This document shows positions 57,456-59,107 of a stretch of DNA of 59,107 nt, piece by piece; within the stretch, counting starts at the first letter, position 1, and the number at the start of each line of letters is the position of its first letter. Under the pieces are notes generated by a model that was not told where the DNA came from, searched no databases, and saw only the letters and a list, made by a program, of their open reading frames with translations. Location: positions 1 through 59,107 of the forward strand of contig CAYVCG010000001.1 in assembly GCA_964449985.1 (NCBI GenBank), read 5' to 3'. This stretch comes from an uncultured Defluviitaleaceae bacterium (GTDB lineage Bacteria; Bacillota; Clostridia; Lachnospirales; WRAX01). A program made the position numbers and the translations under genes.

Positions 57456-59107
57456 TTATCTTGCCACTTCTTCTATAACATAAGCCTCAACAATATCCCC
57501 GACTTTAATATCGTTAAACTTGTTGAACAAAAGGCCGCATTCATAACCCGAGTTAACCTCTTTAACATCATCCTTAAAGCGTTTCAGAGTATCCAGCTCA
57601 CCATCGTATACTACGATATTGTCACGCATTATCCTTGTCTTTGCATTACGAACGAACTTACCGTCCGTAATATAAGAACCGCCGATAGTTCCGACGCCGG
57701 ATGCCTTAAATATCTGTCTGATCTCCGCATGGCCGATAACCTTTTCTTCATAAATCGGATCCAACATGCCTTTCATAGCAAGCTGAATATCCTCTATAGC
57801 GCTATAAATAACCCTATATAGCCTTATATCAACATCATTTTCGCCCGCTATAGCTTTAGCTGCTGGCTCGGGACGAACGTTAAATCCGATAATAATAGCT
57901 CCGGATGTTGATGCCAGCATAACGTCTGATTCGTTTATCGAACCAACACCGCCATGCAATATCCTTACCCTAACCTCTTCATTGGATAGCTTCTCCAAGC
58001 TATGGCGAACAGCCTCTACAGAACCTTGAACATCGGCCTTAACAACGATATTAAGTTCCTTAACGCTTCCTGCTTGGATCTGATTAAACAAATCATCAAG
58101 GGATACCTTATGGATTTGTGCCTTTGTCATCTCGACTCTGCCTTTTGCTACATATGCTTCTGAAACCTGCCTTGCGTGCTTCTCATTTTCCGCAACATAG
58201 AACATATCTCCAGCCTGAGGAACTTCCGACAAGCCAAGTATTTCCACAGGCATAGACGGGCCAGCCTCTTTAACCTTTTTGCCCTTGTCATCCATCATGG
58301 CTCTGATTTTACCAAAGCAACCCCCTGCGACAAGGGGATCGCCTATTTTAAGCGTTCCACTTTGAACCAGAACTGTTGCAACAGGCCCACGGCCTTTATC
58401 AAGTTGGGCTTCTATGATTGTTCCTCTTGCATTTTTATTCGGATTAGCTTTTAATTCTTTCATTTCGGCAGTTATTATTATCATTTCCAAAAGCTGGTCA
58501 ATACCAGTTTTATTCATAGCTGATACTGGAACACAAACCGTATCGCCGCCCCATTCTTCAGCAACAAGACCGTATTCTGTAAGCTCCTGCTTAACCCTAT
58601 CTGGGTTTGCGCTTGGCTTATCAATTTTGTTTATAGCAACAATTATATCAACATTGGCTGCCTTTGCATGGTTTATCGCCTCGATAGTTTGCGGCATGAC
58701 ACCATCGTCTGCTGCAACAACAAGAATAGCTATATCAGTAACCTGAGCGCCTCTCATACGCATTGCTGTAAACGCCTCATGACCGGGCGTATCAAGGAAT
58801 GCTATTACCTTTCCATTTATTTCTACGGTATATGCGCCGATATGCTGGGTTATACCGCCAGCCTCACCACTTGTTACTGCGCTGTTACGAATGGAATCCA
58901 AAAGAGACGTCTTTCCATGATCAACGTGACCCATAACAACAACAACTGGAGGACGTTCCTCTAAATCTTCCTCAGATTCCTCTTCCTCTGAGAAGTTTTC
59001 CTCAAATAAATCAACCTCAACTTCCTCTTCCACAAGGAAGTTAAAATTCTCTGCGATAGAAGAAGCCTTTTCAATATCAATTTCTTGGTTTAGTGTAAGC
59101 ATTTCGC
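57456..59107 (-). CDS. infB: Translation initiation factor IF-2 (N-terminus outside window)
   Basis: The reading frame is open to the window edge. G-domain motifs [13 protein letters not shown] and NKID, followed by C-terminal IF-2 domains. Confidence 0.96.
   Translation of the reverse strand, partial: EMLTLNQEIDIEKASSIAENFNFLVEEEVEVDLFEENFSEEEESEEDLEERPPVVVVMGHVDHGKTSLLDSIRNSAVTSGEAGGITQHIGAYTVEINGKVIAFLDTPGHEAFTAMRMRGAQVTDIAILVVAADDGVMPQTIEAINHAKAANVDIIVAINKIDKPSANPDRVKQELTEYGLVAEEWGGDTVCVPVSAMNKTGIDQLLEMIIITAEMKELKANPNKNARGTIIEAQLDKGRGPVATVLVQSGTLKIGDPLVAGGCFGKIRAMMDDKGKKVKEAGPSMPVEILGLSEVPQAGDMFYVAENEKHARQVSEAYVAKGRVEMTKAQIHKVSLDDLFNQIQAGSVKELNIVVKADVQGSVEAVRHSLEKLSNEEVRVRILHGGVGSINESDVMLASTSGAIIIGFNVRPEPAAKAIAGENDVDIRLYRVIYSAIEDIQLAMKGMLDPIYEEKVIGHAEIRQIFKASGVGTIGGSYITDGKFVRNAKTRIMRDNIVVYDGELDTLKRFKDDVKEVNSGYECGLLFNKFNDIKVGDIVEAYVIEEVAR

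Overview
This is a 59.1-kb chromosomal segment from a low-GC, spore-forming, motile anaerobic Firmicute (Clostridia-like). The gene content is mostly housekeeping. It includes a Bacillus ylo-like cluster (Ca-type P-type ATPase, yicC, remA, gmk, rpoZ, priA, def, fmt), a chemotaxis and c-di-GMP signalling patch (GGDEF protein, CheV, MCP), and a four-gene NADH/ferredoxin [FeFe]-hydrogenase operon. It also carries pyruvate:ferredoxin oxidoreductase, scpAB, a MacB-type ABC exporter, ispG, cdd, dipicolinate synthase (spoVF), an alpha/beta SASP, and the infB-rbfA-nrnA-truB-ribF operon. I saw no tRNA, rRNA, CRISPR array, transposase or recognisable defence genes. The most unusual signal is non-coding: four copies of a ~125-nt GC-rich palindromic element that resembles REP/REPIN elements. 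The element carries GTAG followed by GGGCGCGC-ATT-GCGCGCCC, plus a second related palindrome in inverted orientation. Copies sit at gene 3' ends, co-oriented with the upstream gene. In two copies the host's intrinsic terminator hairpin is duplicated on both sides (26 nt and 23 nt). A separate 110-nt hairpin with the same CTGTAG/CTACAG termini and flanking direct repeats lies downstream of nifJ. Other points of interest are listed here:
- a long leader with tandem terminators (possible Mn2+ yybP-ykoY-type riboswitch) before the P-type ATPase
- an omega subunit with a long polyacidic tail
- an M50 protease homologue with HExxK
- a possibly disrupted response regulator at the window start
- an SPFH plus Tim44-like zinc-ribbon gene pair
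- a MerR-type promoter that is probably leaderless
All calls come from reading the sequence and ORF translations by eye. No database search was run.
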